NCBI GenBank assembly: GCA_965116875.1
Contig: OZ220733.1
Location: 4,512,001-4,576,000, forward strand
Length of the DNA stretch: 64,000 nucleotides
DNA from: Candidatus Latescibacterota bacterium
GTDB taxonomy: Bacteria; Latescibacterota; UBA2968; GCA-2709665
Direction of reading: 5' to 3'
The translations under genes were made by a program, and so were the position numbers. Under the pieces are notes generated by a model. It worked only from the letters and a program-made list of their open reading frames with translations. It was not told the DNA's origin and did no database searches. Below are positions 21,609-31,092 of the stretch, piece by piece; the first letter of the stretch is position 1, and each line of letters begins with the position of its first letter.

Positions 21609-22970
21609 ATGCTTCCGCTCAACCACCTCCGACATGAGCCGTCACGGGCTGTGATTATCGGGCTGGATGGTACTCCCTGCAGCCTGATGAACCGGTTTGT
21701 CGCCGAAGGCAGGATGCCGAATTTCGCGGCGTTGCTGCAAACCGGAAGCCTGGCGGAAATGGATTCGGTCCTGCCAACGGTATCGTCCGTCGCGTGGGCA
21801 TCGATGGTAACCGGGTGCAATCCAGGCAGGCACAATATCTATGGCTTTATAGATCGTGTGCCGGAAACCCATGAAATGTACATTCCCACGTCCAGAACGA
21901 TGCGTGCCAGAACCTGGACCGAGATTTTCAGCCGGATGGGCAGGCGTGTCTTTTCAATGGGCGTACCCACGACGTACCCTCCAAAGGCGGTGAACGGAAT
22001 TCAGATTTCCGGGTTTCTGGCGCCAGACCTGAACACGGCTACCTATCCCGCCTCCGTGGCAAGCGAACTGGCTGCGATGGGATATCGGATAGACATCGAC
22101 GCCTGGCTTGCCCGCTTGGACCGGGAGCGGTTTCTGGACGATGTCTTCCAGGCCATGGAACGGCGGTTCGACGCGATGTTCCGCTTCCTGGACCGGGAGC
22201 CGTGGGGGCTGTTTGTGGCCCACGTCCTGGAAACGGACAGGTTGCACCATTTCCTGTGGGGACTGGTGGAAGACGGCAGCGAGTCGTATCTGCCCTGGTT
22301 CCACAGGTTTTATGCCCGGGTTGACCGTGCCATCGGTGAAGTCGCGTCCCGTCTGGACGATAACGCGCTGCTGATGATTGTTTCCGACCATGGTTTCTGT
22401 ACGTTGAAGTATGAAGTGCATCTGAACCACTGGCTGCACCAGGCCGGTTTCCTGCGTTTCCACGGGCAAAAAGCCAGGGGGCTTCGCGACCTGGCGCCCG
22501 GCACGCAATGTTATTCGCTGCTGCCCGGGCGCATTTATCTTTCTCTGCGAGGCCGTGAGCGCGGGGGTCGCGTGGAGCCGGGCGCGGAATACGAAGCGCT
22601 GAGACGGGACATCGCGGATGGTCTGATGCAGATCCGGAATCCGGCAACAGGTGAACGGGTGATCCGGAGGATCTTCAGGCGCGAGGAACTCTACGCCGGG
22701 GATGCCTTCGACCTGGCGCCGGATCTGATCGCCATGCCGGCGGCGGGGTACGATTTGAAAGGTGACTTCGATAGCGAGGTATTGATGGATCGCGGGCCGA
22801 TGAATGGCACCCATACGTTTTCGGACGCGATGTTTTTCATCAATCGCAAGGCGGACCTGCCGCGGCGGATTCGGTTGATCGACGTGTTTCCGACGCTTTT
22901 TGATGCCATGGGTCTGGACGTCCCCGGTGACGTGGACGGGCGGTCCGTCGTTGCAGGCCGTTTGAACTGA
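21609..22970 (+). CDS. Alkaline-phosphatase superfamily protein (type I phosphodiesterase/nucleotide pyrophosphatase)
   Basis: IIGLDG, WASMVTG.NPG.H, ETDRLHH, VSDHGF, GTH. Confidence 0.88.
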   Translation: MLPLNHLRHEPSRAVIIGLDGTPCSLMNRFVAEGRMPNFAALLQTGSLAEMDSVLPTVSSVAWASMVTGCNPGRHNIYGFIDRVPETHEMYIPTSRTMRARTWTEIFSRMGRRVFSMGVPTTYPPKAVNGIQISGFLAPDLNTATYPASVASELAAMGYRIDIDAWLARLDRERFLDDVFQAMERRFDAMFRFLDREPWGLFVAHVLETDRLHHFLWGLVEDGSESYLPWFHRFYARVDRAIGEVASRLDDNALLMIVSDHGFCTLKYEVHLNHWLHQAGFLRFHGQKARGLRDLAPGTQCYSLLPGRIYLSLRGRERGGRVEPGAEYEALRRDIADGLMQIRNPATGERVIRRIFRREELYAGDAFDLAPDLIAMPAAGYDLKGDFDSEVLMDRGPMNGTHTFSDAMFFINRKADLPRRIRLIDVFPTLFDAMGLDVPGDVDGRSVVAGRLN

Positions 22971-23341
22971 GTCACGACAAGCTCGCGACGACCGCCTGGA
23001 ATTCGAATACGGCTTCCAGGGCGAATCGTTCACGAAGCCCGGTGGTTGTGTTGTTTAACCGGTTGTATTTCGATAGATTCAGCGATGTCTGGTACGACTG
23101 CATATAGAGAGATATGGAATCTGAACGGTCAGTGTGAAGCCGTGCGGTCTACATACGTAAGGATTCATCGCTTCGGCGCCGAAAAGTGAGCATTTGGCCT
23201 GCTCGTGGCTCTTGTCCTGCATTGGGTTTTGATCCTGCATATTTATATTGATCCTGGTCGGCTTTCATCCTCCTCCTGGTTTCCAATCCTGACCATCCAT
23301 GTACGTTTGCATTTTCAAATTCACGAGCCCAGGGGGTCGTT

Positions 23342-23941
23342 TTGATAAAACTGTTGCTGGCTTTTTTCGGAATGGGTGTCGTGGCGGTGGGCGCGCACGC
23401 CGACCGGGAACACGTGATGGACACGAGCGAAGAGAATATGAAACGGATTGCCGCGTCACTCGGGGTACGGTGTGCTCATTGTCACACTGCACGCACACCG
23501 GATGGAAAGCCTGACTTTATGGCGCCTTCGTTGTTCAAGCAGACAGCCGTCCACATGAAAGTTCATTTTGTGGACGGCCTGAAAACACAGGACGGGAAGG
23601 CGCTGGACTGCATGTCTTGCCACCGGGGAAGGGCCCGATTTATACCGCGGGATCTCGCCGGCGCCAAACCCTCCAATCTGTCTGAGCGGATGCCGCGGCG
23701 GGAGATTTATCGGAAGATGAAGGCTATTGAGTCAGCATTGGGGGTAAACTGTGAATTTTGTCACGTCAGGCGTGAGGATGGACGCCTCGCGCCGGAGCAG
23801 CCCACCCGACACAAGCTGATGGCGAAATATATGATGGACCACTACGAGGGATCGCTCGTCACATCGGACGGGTCGCCGGTCACGTGCGGAACCTGCCACG
23901 CCGGCGCGGCAGAATTTCTGCCGCGTTCCGCGGGTGAATAA
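23342..23941 (+). CDS. Secreted tetraheme c-type cytochrome (reaction-centre cytochrome c subunit-like)
   Basis: Signal peptide; CAHCH, CMSCH, CEFCH, CGTCH; duplicated M..I..(S/A)LGV.C..CH unit. Confidence 0.85.
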   Translation: MIKLLLAFFGMGVVAVGAHADREHVMDTSEENMKRIAASLGVRCAHCHTARTPDGKPDFMAPSLFKQTAVHMKVHFVDGLKTQDGKALDCMSCHRGRARFIPRDLAGAKPSNLSERMPRREIYRKMKAIESALGVNCEFCHVRREDGRLAPEQPTRHKLMAKYMMDHYEGSLVTSDGSPVTCGTCHAGAAEFLPRSAGE

Positions 23942-23966
23942 ACGCTTCGAATCGGTACTGAAAACA

Positions 23967-24000
23967 AGAAGGGCCGGACGAACTGTCGTCCGGCCCTTCT
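23967..24000. terminator. Hairpin terminator between convergent cytochrome gene and nrdJ
   Basis: Perfect 15-bp inverted repeat AGAAGGGCCGGACGA-ACTG-TCGTCCGGCCCTTCT. Confidence 0.75.
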
Positions 24001-24021
24001 GCACGTTGTCACAGATCCCTG

Positions 24022-27000
24022 CTATGAACAGCCAACCGAATTTCCGCAATTCAGGCAGCGATAGCACGAACCGTTACGTACTGTAATATGACCACACGTG
24101 TCGCAAAATGGAGCATCCCCCATCATCTGCGAGAGCTGACCGTCCAGAACCACCGTATGAGGATGCGCGTGCGCTTCCGTTTGAGATGACGAGCCGTTCG
24201 ATGCGGTTTCCTGTGATTCCGCACTCGCCGTGCCGTTGGATGCCGGATTGGCTTTTGGCGCGGGGTCTGCCGGCGGTGAAGCGCCTGGCGAATCGGCACG
24301 AGTGCCCGGGACTTCGGAACTTTGTGCAGAGAGCGAAATCATCTCGTTTTCCAGATCGTGATGATCGTTGATATCGGATGCGATATCTTCGGGCTTAACC
24401 TGCAGAAAGTCGGTCCGGCCGAGATATTCGTAGCCCAGGACGCGGAAGATGTAATCGACAACGGAGGTCGCGAATTTGATATTGGGATGATCGACGGTTC
24501 CCCAGGGATCGAATCGGGTAAAGGTGAAGCGGTCCACGAACTCTTCGAGCGGTACGCCGTGTTGAAGGCCCTTGGAGACGGCAATAGCGAAACAGTCCAG
24601 CATGGCGCGGAAAGGCGCCCCTTCCTTGCTCATGTCAATGAAGATTTCCCCAAGCGTGCCGTCCTCGTATTCACCGGTGCGAAGGAAGACCTTCTGATTG
24701 GCGACACGCGCTTCCTGCGTGAATCCGCTTCGTTTTTTCGGGAGCCGGCGTCTTGTCGGTCGGCTCGCCAGCGTGACCGGCGCAGGCGCTGACGTAACGT
24801 GGCCGACTTCCGCCGATTGCTCGGGCGATTCTTCTGCTTCGGCGGTCTCCGCTTCGGCGTCGGATTTTGTAGCCGTACTCAGGGGCTGAGAGAGTTTAGA
24901 GCCATCTCGATAGATGGCCACGGCCTTCAACCCCAGTTCCCAGCCCTTGATATAAAGGCCTTCAATTTCCCCGGCTGTGGTTTCATTGGGGACGTTTACG
25001 GTTTTGGAAATGGCGCCGCAGATAAACTTCTGCGCGGCGGACATCATACCCAGGTGAGCCATGGGCGCAATAAAGCGCCTGCCATGTTTCCCGCACTTGT
25101 TCGCACAGTCGAATATGGGCAGATGTTCATCTTTGAGATGAGGCGCTCCCTCGACGGTCATACGGCCGCAAATGTATTCGTTGGCTTCGTCGATTTGAGA
25201 TCCGGTAAAGCCGAGTTCGGAAAGCAGGTTGAATCCGGGCGCTCCGTATTGTTCGGCAGAGAAGCCCAGGCGTCCCATCAGACCGTCTCCCAGAATCCAG
25301 GGCGTAAAGGCGAATTCCAGCTCGAGGACGCCGGGAAGCGCGCCCTCCGCCTTTGCCAGATCCGCGGGACTGAAACCCTTGGCCTTCAACGACTCGACGT
25401 TGATATGCGGTGCGCCTTTCAGGGAGAGCCGTCCGCTGAGGTAGGTGAGGATATCGGTAATCTCGTCGGAAGAATAGCCAAGCCTTTCGAGGGCTTTCGG
25501 CACGGCGTGGTTGACGATTTTGAAATAGCCGCCGCCGGCGAGTTTTTTGAACTTGACCAGGGCGAAGTCCGGTTCAATGCCGGTTGTGTCGCAGTCCATC
25601 AGCAAGCCGATGGTGCCCGTGGGCGCGATTACTGTGGCCTGCGCATTACGATAGCCGTACTTTTCGCCCAGTTCGACCGCCTGGTCCCAGTCTTCCTGCG
25701 CGGCGCGAAGCAGGTCGCGCGGGCAGGCGCGGGCATCGATACTGTGAGCAGCGTCTCTGTGCATGTTCATAACGTTGAGCATGGGGCCGCGGTTCTTGTC
25801 GAAGCCGGGAAATGGACCCTTGTCGGCTGCCATTCGGGCGGAGGTCGCGTATGCCTGACCACACATGACTGCGGTGATGGCGGCGCAGATCGCCCGTGCT
25901 CCCTCGCTGTCGTAGGGCAGCCCCTGAACCATCAGGAGTGTACCCAGGTTGGCGTAACCGAGGCCGAGGGGGCGATAATCGTGGCTGTTCCGCGCGATCT
26001 TCCGCGTGGGATAGGATGCGAAATCGACCAGAATTTCCTGGGCAATGAAAAAGATCTTGCACGCATAACGGAAACCGTCGACGTCGAAGGCGCCATCTTC
26101 ATTGAGGAACTTCATGAGGTTGATAGAGGCCAGGTTGCACGCCGTGTCGTCGAGGAACATGAACTCCGAACACGGGTTGGACCCGTAGATACGGTCGGTG
26201 CCGGCGCACGTGTGCCAGTGGTTGATGGTGGTGTCGTATTGCATTCCGGGATCGGCACAGGCCCAGGCGGCCTCCGCGATTTGCCGCATAAGATCGCGGG
26301 CCTTGTGCGTTTCGTGGACTTCCCCGGTTGTGCGCAATCGGGTGTGCCACTCGCCGTCCTCTTTACAGGCCTGCATAAATGCGTCCGTGACACGAACGGA
26401 GTTGTTGGAGTTCTGGCCGGAAACGGTCTGGTACGCCTCGCCGTTGAAGTCCGAACTGTAGCCGGCGGCCATGAGTGCGGCGACCTTCTTCTCTTCCTTT
26501 ACTTTCCAATTGATGAAGTCGAGTATTTCCGGGTGATCCATGTCCAGGCAGACCATTTTGGCGGCGCGTCTTGTCGTCCCGCCGGATTTGATGGCGCCGG
26601 CGCCCCGGTCGAGGACTTCCAGAAAGGACATCAGGCCGGATGAGACGCCGCCTCCGGAGAGCTTCTCCATTCTTCCACGAATCCTGGAGAAGTTGGTACC
26701 GGTGCCCGACCCGTATTTGAAGAGTCGGACTTCACTCTTCAGCAATTCGAAAATGTCCATGGTGTCGTCCTGGACGGACTGAATATAGCATGCGGAGCAC
26801 TGCGGATGCGAATAGGAGTCTTCGGTTTCCGATACGCATTCCCTGTCCCAGTGCCAGTTGCCGCCGCTTCCGCGAATGCCGTATTCGTGGTACAGCCCGC
26901 AGTTGAACCAGACCGGCGAGTTGAAAGCGCCCATTTGATGTACGAGGTGGAAGGCAAGTTCCGCCTCGAAGGTGTCCGCGTCTTCAGGCGAGTCGAAATA

Positions 27001-27282
27001 TCCGCCCTGGTCCTCCCCGGCCATGCGGATGGTGCGGGCAACCCGCTGCATCACCTGTCGCACGGAAGTTTCGTGTCCGGTATCGGGCACACCCCGTTTT
27101 CGGAAGTATTTCGATACAACGATATCCGTTGCCAGTTGGGACCACTCGGCCGGGACTTCGGCGTGGTCCATGCGAAAGACTTCTGATCCGTCGGGGTTGG
27201 TGATTACGGAAGTTTTCTCTACGTATTCGACCTGATCCAACGGATTCCGGCCGGGAGTCGTCTGCCTGCGTTCAAGCTTCAT
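24022..27282 (-). CDS. nrdJ: Vitamin B12-dependent (class II) ribonucleotide reductase
   Basis: FNSPVWFN, PQCSAC, GGTTRRAAKM, NPCSE, IAPTGTI, AISKTVN, C-terminal TSCPD-like domain and CDTCG..CLNCG. ATG at 27282 follows GGAGG. Confidence 0.96.
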   Translation of the reverse strand: MKLERRQTTPGRNPLDQVEYVEKTSVITNPDGSEVFRMDHAEVPAEWSQLATDIVVSKYFRKRGVPDTGHETSVRQVMQRVARTIRMAGEDQGGYFDSPEDADTFEAELAFHLVHQMGAFNSPVWFNCGLYHEYGIRGSGGNWHWDRECVSETEDSYSHPQCSACYIQSVQDDTMDIFELLKSEVRLFKYGSGTGTNFSRIRGRMEKLSGGGVSSGLMSFLEVLDRGAGAIKSGGTTRRAAKMVCLDMDHPEILDFINWKVKEEKKVAALMAAGYSSDFNGEAYQTVSGQNSNNSVRVTDAFMQACKEDGEWHTRLRTTGEVHETHKARDLMRQIAEAAWACADPGMQYDTTINHWHTCAGTDRIYGSNPCSEFMFLDDTACNLASINLMKFLNEDGAFDVDGFRYACKIFFIAQEILVDFASYPTRKIARNSHDYRPLGLGYANLGTLLMVQGLPYDSEGARAICAAITAVMCGQAYATSARMAADKGPFPGFDKNRGPMLNVMNMHRDAAHSIDARACPRDLLRAAQEDWDQAVELGEKYGYRNAQATVIAPTGTIGLLMDCDTTGIEPDFALVKFKKLAGGGYFKIVNHAVPKALERLGYSSDEITDILTYLSGRLSLKGAPHINVESLKAKGFSPADLAKAEGALPGVLELEFAFTPWILGDGLMGRLGFSAEQYGAPGFNLLSELGFTGSQIDEANEYICGRMTVEGAPHLKDEHLPIFDCANKCGKHGRRFIAPMAHLGMMSAAQKFICGAISKTVNVPNETTAGEIEGLYIKGWELGLKAVAIYRDGSKLSQPLSTATKSDAEAETAEAEESPEQSAEVGHVTSAPAPVTLASRPTRRRLPKKRSGFTQEARVANQKVFLRTGEYEDGTLGEIFIDMSKEGAPFRAMLDCFAIAVSKGLQHGVPLEEFVDRFTFTRFDPWGTVDHPNIKFATSVVDYIFRVLGYEYLGRTDFLQVKPEDIASDINDHHDLENEMISLSAQSSEVPGTRADSPGASPPADPAPKANPASNGTASAESQETASNGSSSQTEAHAHPHTVVLDGQLSQMMGDAPFCDTCGHITVRNGSCYRCLNCGNSVGCS

Positions 27283-27654
27283 ATGAGGGCTTCCTCCGGA
27301 AATCTGGAATCGATTTGAAATTGAAACGGCAAGGCAAAGAGGAACAGCCTGGTAAACTTGATTCGTGCCGCAAAAATCCTGCGCCGCCTGTTCGGGCGGG
27401 ACCAAAGTCAGTCCAATTGCAGATCTTGAAGTTGTTTCAGAATTCCCGGTGAGCTCCCCGGCGCGAGCGAAAAGGTGGCGGTCATGGCGGGAGAATCCGC
27501 CTCTATCAATTGATCAGGGCGGGTTTGACCAGGGCCGACCGGCGATTTTATAGCCGCGCGAAGACCCACAGGGGATTTTAAAACAGCTTCCTGAGACGCA
27601 ACTGAAGGGGAAAGGCGCGTCCGGTGACTACAGCGAGAAGGGAGTGAATCCGGT

Positions 27655-28119
27655 TCAGCCGCCTGCTTGAGGGGAAGCGAGTTGCCGAAGTTCCTTTTCA
27701 AAGTCACTCAGGTCTTTGAACTGCCTGTAGACCGATGCGAAACGGACATAGGCGACCTGGTCGAGGTCTTTCAGTTCATTAATTACCAGTTCGCCGATAT
27801 CGTTGGCCTCAACTTCACGTTCGCCGGTGCCGCTCAGCCTGGCTTCGATACGGTCCGCGATTTCTTCGAGCCGGTCCATTGAAATGGGTCGTTTGTTACA
27901 CGCGAGATGAAGCTTTGAAAAGAGCTTGTTTTTGTCGAACGGTTCGCGTCGACCATCGGACTTGACGACCATCAGCGGCGTGTCTTCGATGGATTCGTAG
28001 GTCGTAAACCTCCGACCGCAATTCAGACATTCCCGGCGTCTGCGAATGGCCGTTGACTCTTTGCTGGACCTGGAGTCTACGACCTTGTCCTCCACTGTTC
28101 CACAGTAGGGACATCTCAT
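27655..28119 (-). CDS. nrdR: Transcriptional repressor NrdR
   Basis: MRCPYC..VVDSR..IRRRREC..C..RFTTYE, ATP cone, AYVRFASVY. Confidence 0.98.
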   Translation of the reverse strand: MRCPYCGTVEDKVVDSRSSKESTAIRRRRECLNCGRRFTTYESIEDTPLMVVKSDGRREPFDKNKLFSKLHLACNKRPISMDRLEEIADRIEARLSGTGEREVEANDIGELVINELKDLDQVAYVRFASVYRQFKDLSDFEKELRQLASPQAGG

Positions 28120-28183
28120 GTGAGTTCTCCCGTAACCTCACGGAGAGCGGGGATAAGGACAGATATAGGGTCCTCAGGTTAAA

Positions 28184-28238
28184 GGACCCTATATTGTGGG
28201 GTATTGCTATTATAATACCAAATATAGAGTTTTGTCAA
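28184..28238 (-). promoter_or_regulatory. nrdR-nrdJ promoter with tandem NrdR boxes
   Basis: Minus-strand TTGACA(28233-28238)-18 nt-TATAAT(28209-28214). NrdR-box-like 16-mers GGACCCTATATTGTGG (28184-28199) and ATACCAAATATAGAGT (28215-28230) lie 31 bp apart. Confidence 0.8.
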
Positions 28239-28538
28239 GTGAAAATTTCAAATTTCCAATCGATCAAATTCACGGTGAATCCTGTACATGAAACGGGATG
28301 TCGCAGTAAGGATATTCAGATGAAGTTCATGAACGCCGGCACCCTGATTCGAACGTCACGGGGTTGACAGAACGGTCGCCGACAGCCGGATTCATGCAAG
28401 GCGAAATCTACCTTAACACACATAAAAACAACTCTGTTTCCGTCGTCCTTTGCCGGTGTCGAATCACATCAGTATCGCAAAGCGAGGCGTCCACGACGAG
28501 CGCGAACCGTCCCGTTTATACACCGTTGCATGTCTACT

Positions 28539-30941
28539 TCAGGGCGAAGTCACGTCCAGGTTCCGATCCCGGAAAGTCAGCCGTGTGCCGGACACGGTCG
28601 AGTGCGAGAGGTAGGTGCCGTCGGAGTCGGTCCTGATTACAGCGCAGATTGCATCGGTGGCAAGTCCGCCTGCCCCGAACGTCCTGTGTGTTCCGTCCGT
28701 AATGACGATGTGATCCACGCCGCCGGCGCGTTCCACGATCAGGTACGCGGTGCCGCCCGGTCCGTGGTTTTCGCCGCGACGAACCCGCACACCGGGAAGC
28801 GGCATGCTCCGGAAGGGGTAGAGCAGCACGGCGAGGTCGTCCACGAGGCCGTCGCCGGAAGTCGTCACGTCAAGGGAAGCCCACCGGATGAGTTGTCGTG
28901 CGGGCCTCCGGCCCGGGATGCCCCCGAGATGCGCCATTCCCGTGCCCAGGCGAACGGACGGCGCATCGGGCGTGGCCACGAGCAAACCCGGCGCTTCCGT
29001 GGAAAACACCGCCGTTCCGCCTCGCTGAAGCGGCGTGGGAGAATGAAGGTAGAACGAAGCTCTTCTTCCGCCTTCGGCCGAGGAGAAGGCATCGAATACC
29101 AGAAAGTAGGGATCGGTCCCGGTTGCCGGCTCAGCGGGCTTCAGGAAGAGAACGTGGCGACGATGGATGACGCCCCGTGATCGATAGCCTTCGTGCTCCG
29201 CTGAAAAGTAGTCCATTCCGGCCTGACTGCTCCAGACGGGTTGCTCGCCCACTGCGATCCGACGATCCAGGTTCCGGTCGTCTATCACGAGCATGTTGTG
29301 CGCTTTGGAGCTTGTGTACCAGGACCGGTGTAGCGGATCGTCGTAGCTGACGCCGAGCCCGGCGTCGACGGCCAGTGCCGCGCCGTAAGCAAACAGTTCA
29401 AAACTGAGAATGTCGTAGTGGTAATGCCCGCCGGCCCAGTCGCCGTAATTGATAACCAGATATGGGCTTTCCCGCGTCCAGTTCAGTCGCATCACGGCGA
29501 AACCGGACGGACGGAAATCGATTGACGTGCCGGAAGGCGGTTCGGCATCGTCGTCAATGTCGGCCCCCAGCAGGTTTCTGGCCACCCACAACAGGTCCGG
29601 CCGATCGAAGATGCGCCCGCCATCGACAAAGACGTCCCTGTCGAACCGCGCCCGGCCGCCGTCGTTGACCGCGGGCTGGGTGCCCAGGGGGCTGATCAGG
29701 TACATCCAGTGATTCAGGGTCCGTTCGAGGGGTGGGCGCAGGGCCGCCGCCCGGTCTTCATGACCGCCGAACTTCCCCAGAAGGTGGGCGAGATTCCTCG
29801 GATCGCGATAAACGACATTGGAGTAGCTCGACGGGCAACGCTCGGAATGGCAGCCGTCTTCGTAGAAGTCCTTTGCCAGATGTTCTTCAATCCTGTTGAC
29901 GCCAAGTGAGACCCAGCGCCCGGCTTCCCTGAACTCGGCGAAGTTGAGGCCCAGTTCGGCCAGGGCGTAGGAGCCCATCACCTGCCAGTTGCCCGAACGG
30001 TACCCCTGCTTCTGCAATTCGAACAACCAGCGTGCCGATCCCAGGAAGTTCTTCAGGATCCGTTCGTGGGTCGTTACGGCGAGCCTTCCGCGGTTCAGAC
30101 GATAAAACTCCAGAAAAACGCGGTTCCGGCGGGCGCCGAGTCCAAGTTCATACCAGATCGGGTGTTTGTCCGGGTCGGCGCCCACGACGTCGTCACGCTG
30201 TACGTACCACTGGTTGAAGAGTTCGTCGAAGGCGTCCAGATACTTCGTGTCCCTCGTGCCCAGGTATGCCCAGAGCAGGGGCTGGGACCATTCCCAATAG
30301 TGGAATCCGTATTTTCCGCCGCGACCGTAATCCGCATTGAAGTCCACGACCGGCCCGTGCTGGATGTTGACGCCACCCCATCCGGTAATATTGTGGGCGG
30401 CCACGCGGTCAGCCACCGCGGTATACGATTTCGTACTGAAGTACCGAAAGGCAGCTTCCACGGTGTAATAGGGGACGCCGGCGTTAATATAGGCGTATCC
30501 CGGTCGTGTGTCCCAGTACCTGCCCCACGCCCTGTAAGCCTCGGTGTAATCTCTCCGGTCAACGGCGCGCTTCACGTCCTCCAGCCCGGCACGGTTCAGA
30601 TCCATCGCCGCAAAGAGATCCGGATCGCTGATGTGCTTGATCTGCCTGTCGAGGTAGACGGGATCTTCACGGAGGTCGGTATTCGACTCGCCGAACGCCG
30701 TCGCAAACAGAACGAAGTCACTGAAACCGACCCGCCCGTCGGCATCCAGATCGAAAAGGTCGTCGAAGGCGTCATCGGACCGGGACGTACCGAAGTTCCG
30801 GACGAAGGCGACGAAATCTTCGAAGCCCACGTGGCCGTCGCCGGTGAAGTCCGCGGACACATTCGAATTGGCGCCGGCATGCATCAGCAGGGCCGCCGCG
30901 AGCGGGCTCAGCCACATCCAATGCGCGATTTTTCCGGTCAT
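28539..30941 (-). CDS. Heparinase II/III-family polysaccharide lyase with N-terminal dockerin/EF-hand pair (copy 1)
   Basis: Signal peptide, DFTGDGHVGFEDF / DLDADGRVGFSDF, NW, DG.H.E, SGFAVMR, H.H.D.LSF, VDAG, AHN. Confidence 0.85.
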   Translation of the reverse strand: MTGKIAHWMWLSPLAAALLMHAGANSNVSADFTGDGHVGFEDFVAFVRNFGTSRSDDAFDDLFDLDADGRVGFSDFVLFATAFGESNTDLREDPVYLDRQIKHISDPDLFAAMDLNRAGLEDVKRAVDRRDYTEAYRAWGRYWDTRPGYAYINAGVPYYTVEAAFRYFSTKSYTAVADRVAAHNITGWGGVNIQHGPVVDFNADYGRGGKYGFHYWEWSQPLLWAYLGTRDTKYLDAFDELFNQWYVQRDDVVGADPDKHPIWYELGLGARRNRVFLEFYRLNRGRLAVTTHERILKNFLGSARWLFELQKQGYRSGNWQVMGSYALAELGLNFAEFREAGRWVSLGVNRIEEHLAKDFYEDGCHSERCPSSYSNVVYRDPRNLAHLLGKFGGHEDRAAALRPPLERTLNHWMYLISPLGTQPAVNDGGRARFDRDVFVDGGRIFDRPDLLWVARNLLGADIDDDAEPPSGTSIDFRPSGFAVMRLNWTRESPYLVINYGDWAGGHYHYDILSFELFAYGAALAVDAGLGVSYDDPLHRSWYTSSKAHNMLVIDDRNLDRRIAVGEQPVWSSQAGMDYFSAEHEGYRSRGVIHRRHVLFLKPAEPATGTDPYFLVFDAFSSAEGGRRASFYLHSPTPLQRGGTAVFSTEAPGLLVATPDAPSVRLGTGMAHLGGIPGRRPARQLIRWASLDVTTSGDGLVDDLAVLLYPFRSMPLPGVRVRRGENHGPGGTAYLIVERAGGVDHIVITDGTHRTFGAGGLATDAICAVIRTDSDGTYLSHSTVSGTRLTFRDRNLDVTSP

Positions 30942-31092
30942 CGGAATTTCCGAAAGTCGTTGCGATGGAGAATCCGGGCCGTCTGAGCGGATCGTTGGAA
31001 GTTTCGGCTCTACGTCGATCGAATGGCAACCGCTCGAGGCAATGCCCGTCGTCGTCACGTTTTCCCGGTATCGGAAACGGTCAGGGTTCGCC

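Noticed and set aside
23142-23345. Second apparent in-frame TGA read-through ORF upstream of the cytochrome
   Set aside because: No RBS, no SECIS-like hairpin and no recognisable protein; probably chance.
24799-26643. Long antisense ORFs (614 aa here; also 8849..9832, 21954..23033, 30066..30986, 49441..50370)
   Set aside because: They are shadows of well-supported genes on the opposite strand in GC-rich DNA and have no recognisable motifs.
27283-27654. Possible cobalamin riboswitch between nrdR and nrdJ
   Set aside because: I could not find the conserved B12-box or core motifs by eye. An Infernal search would settle it.
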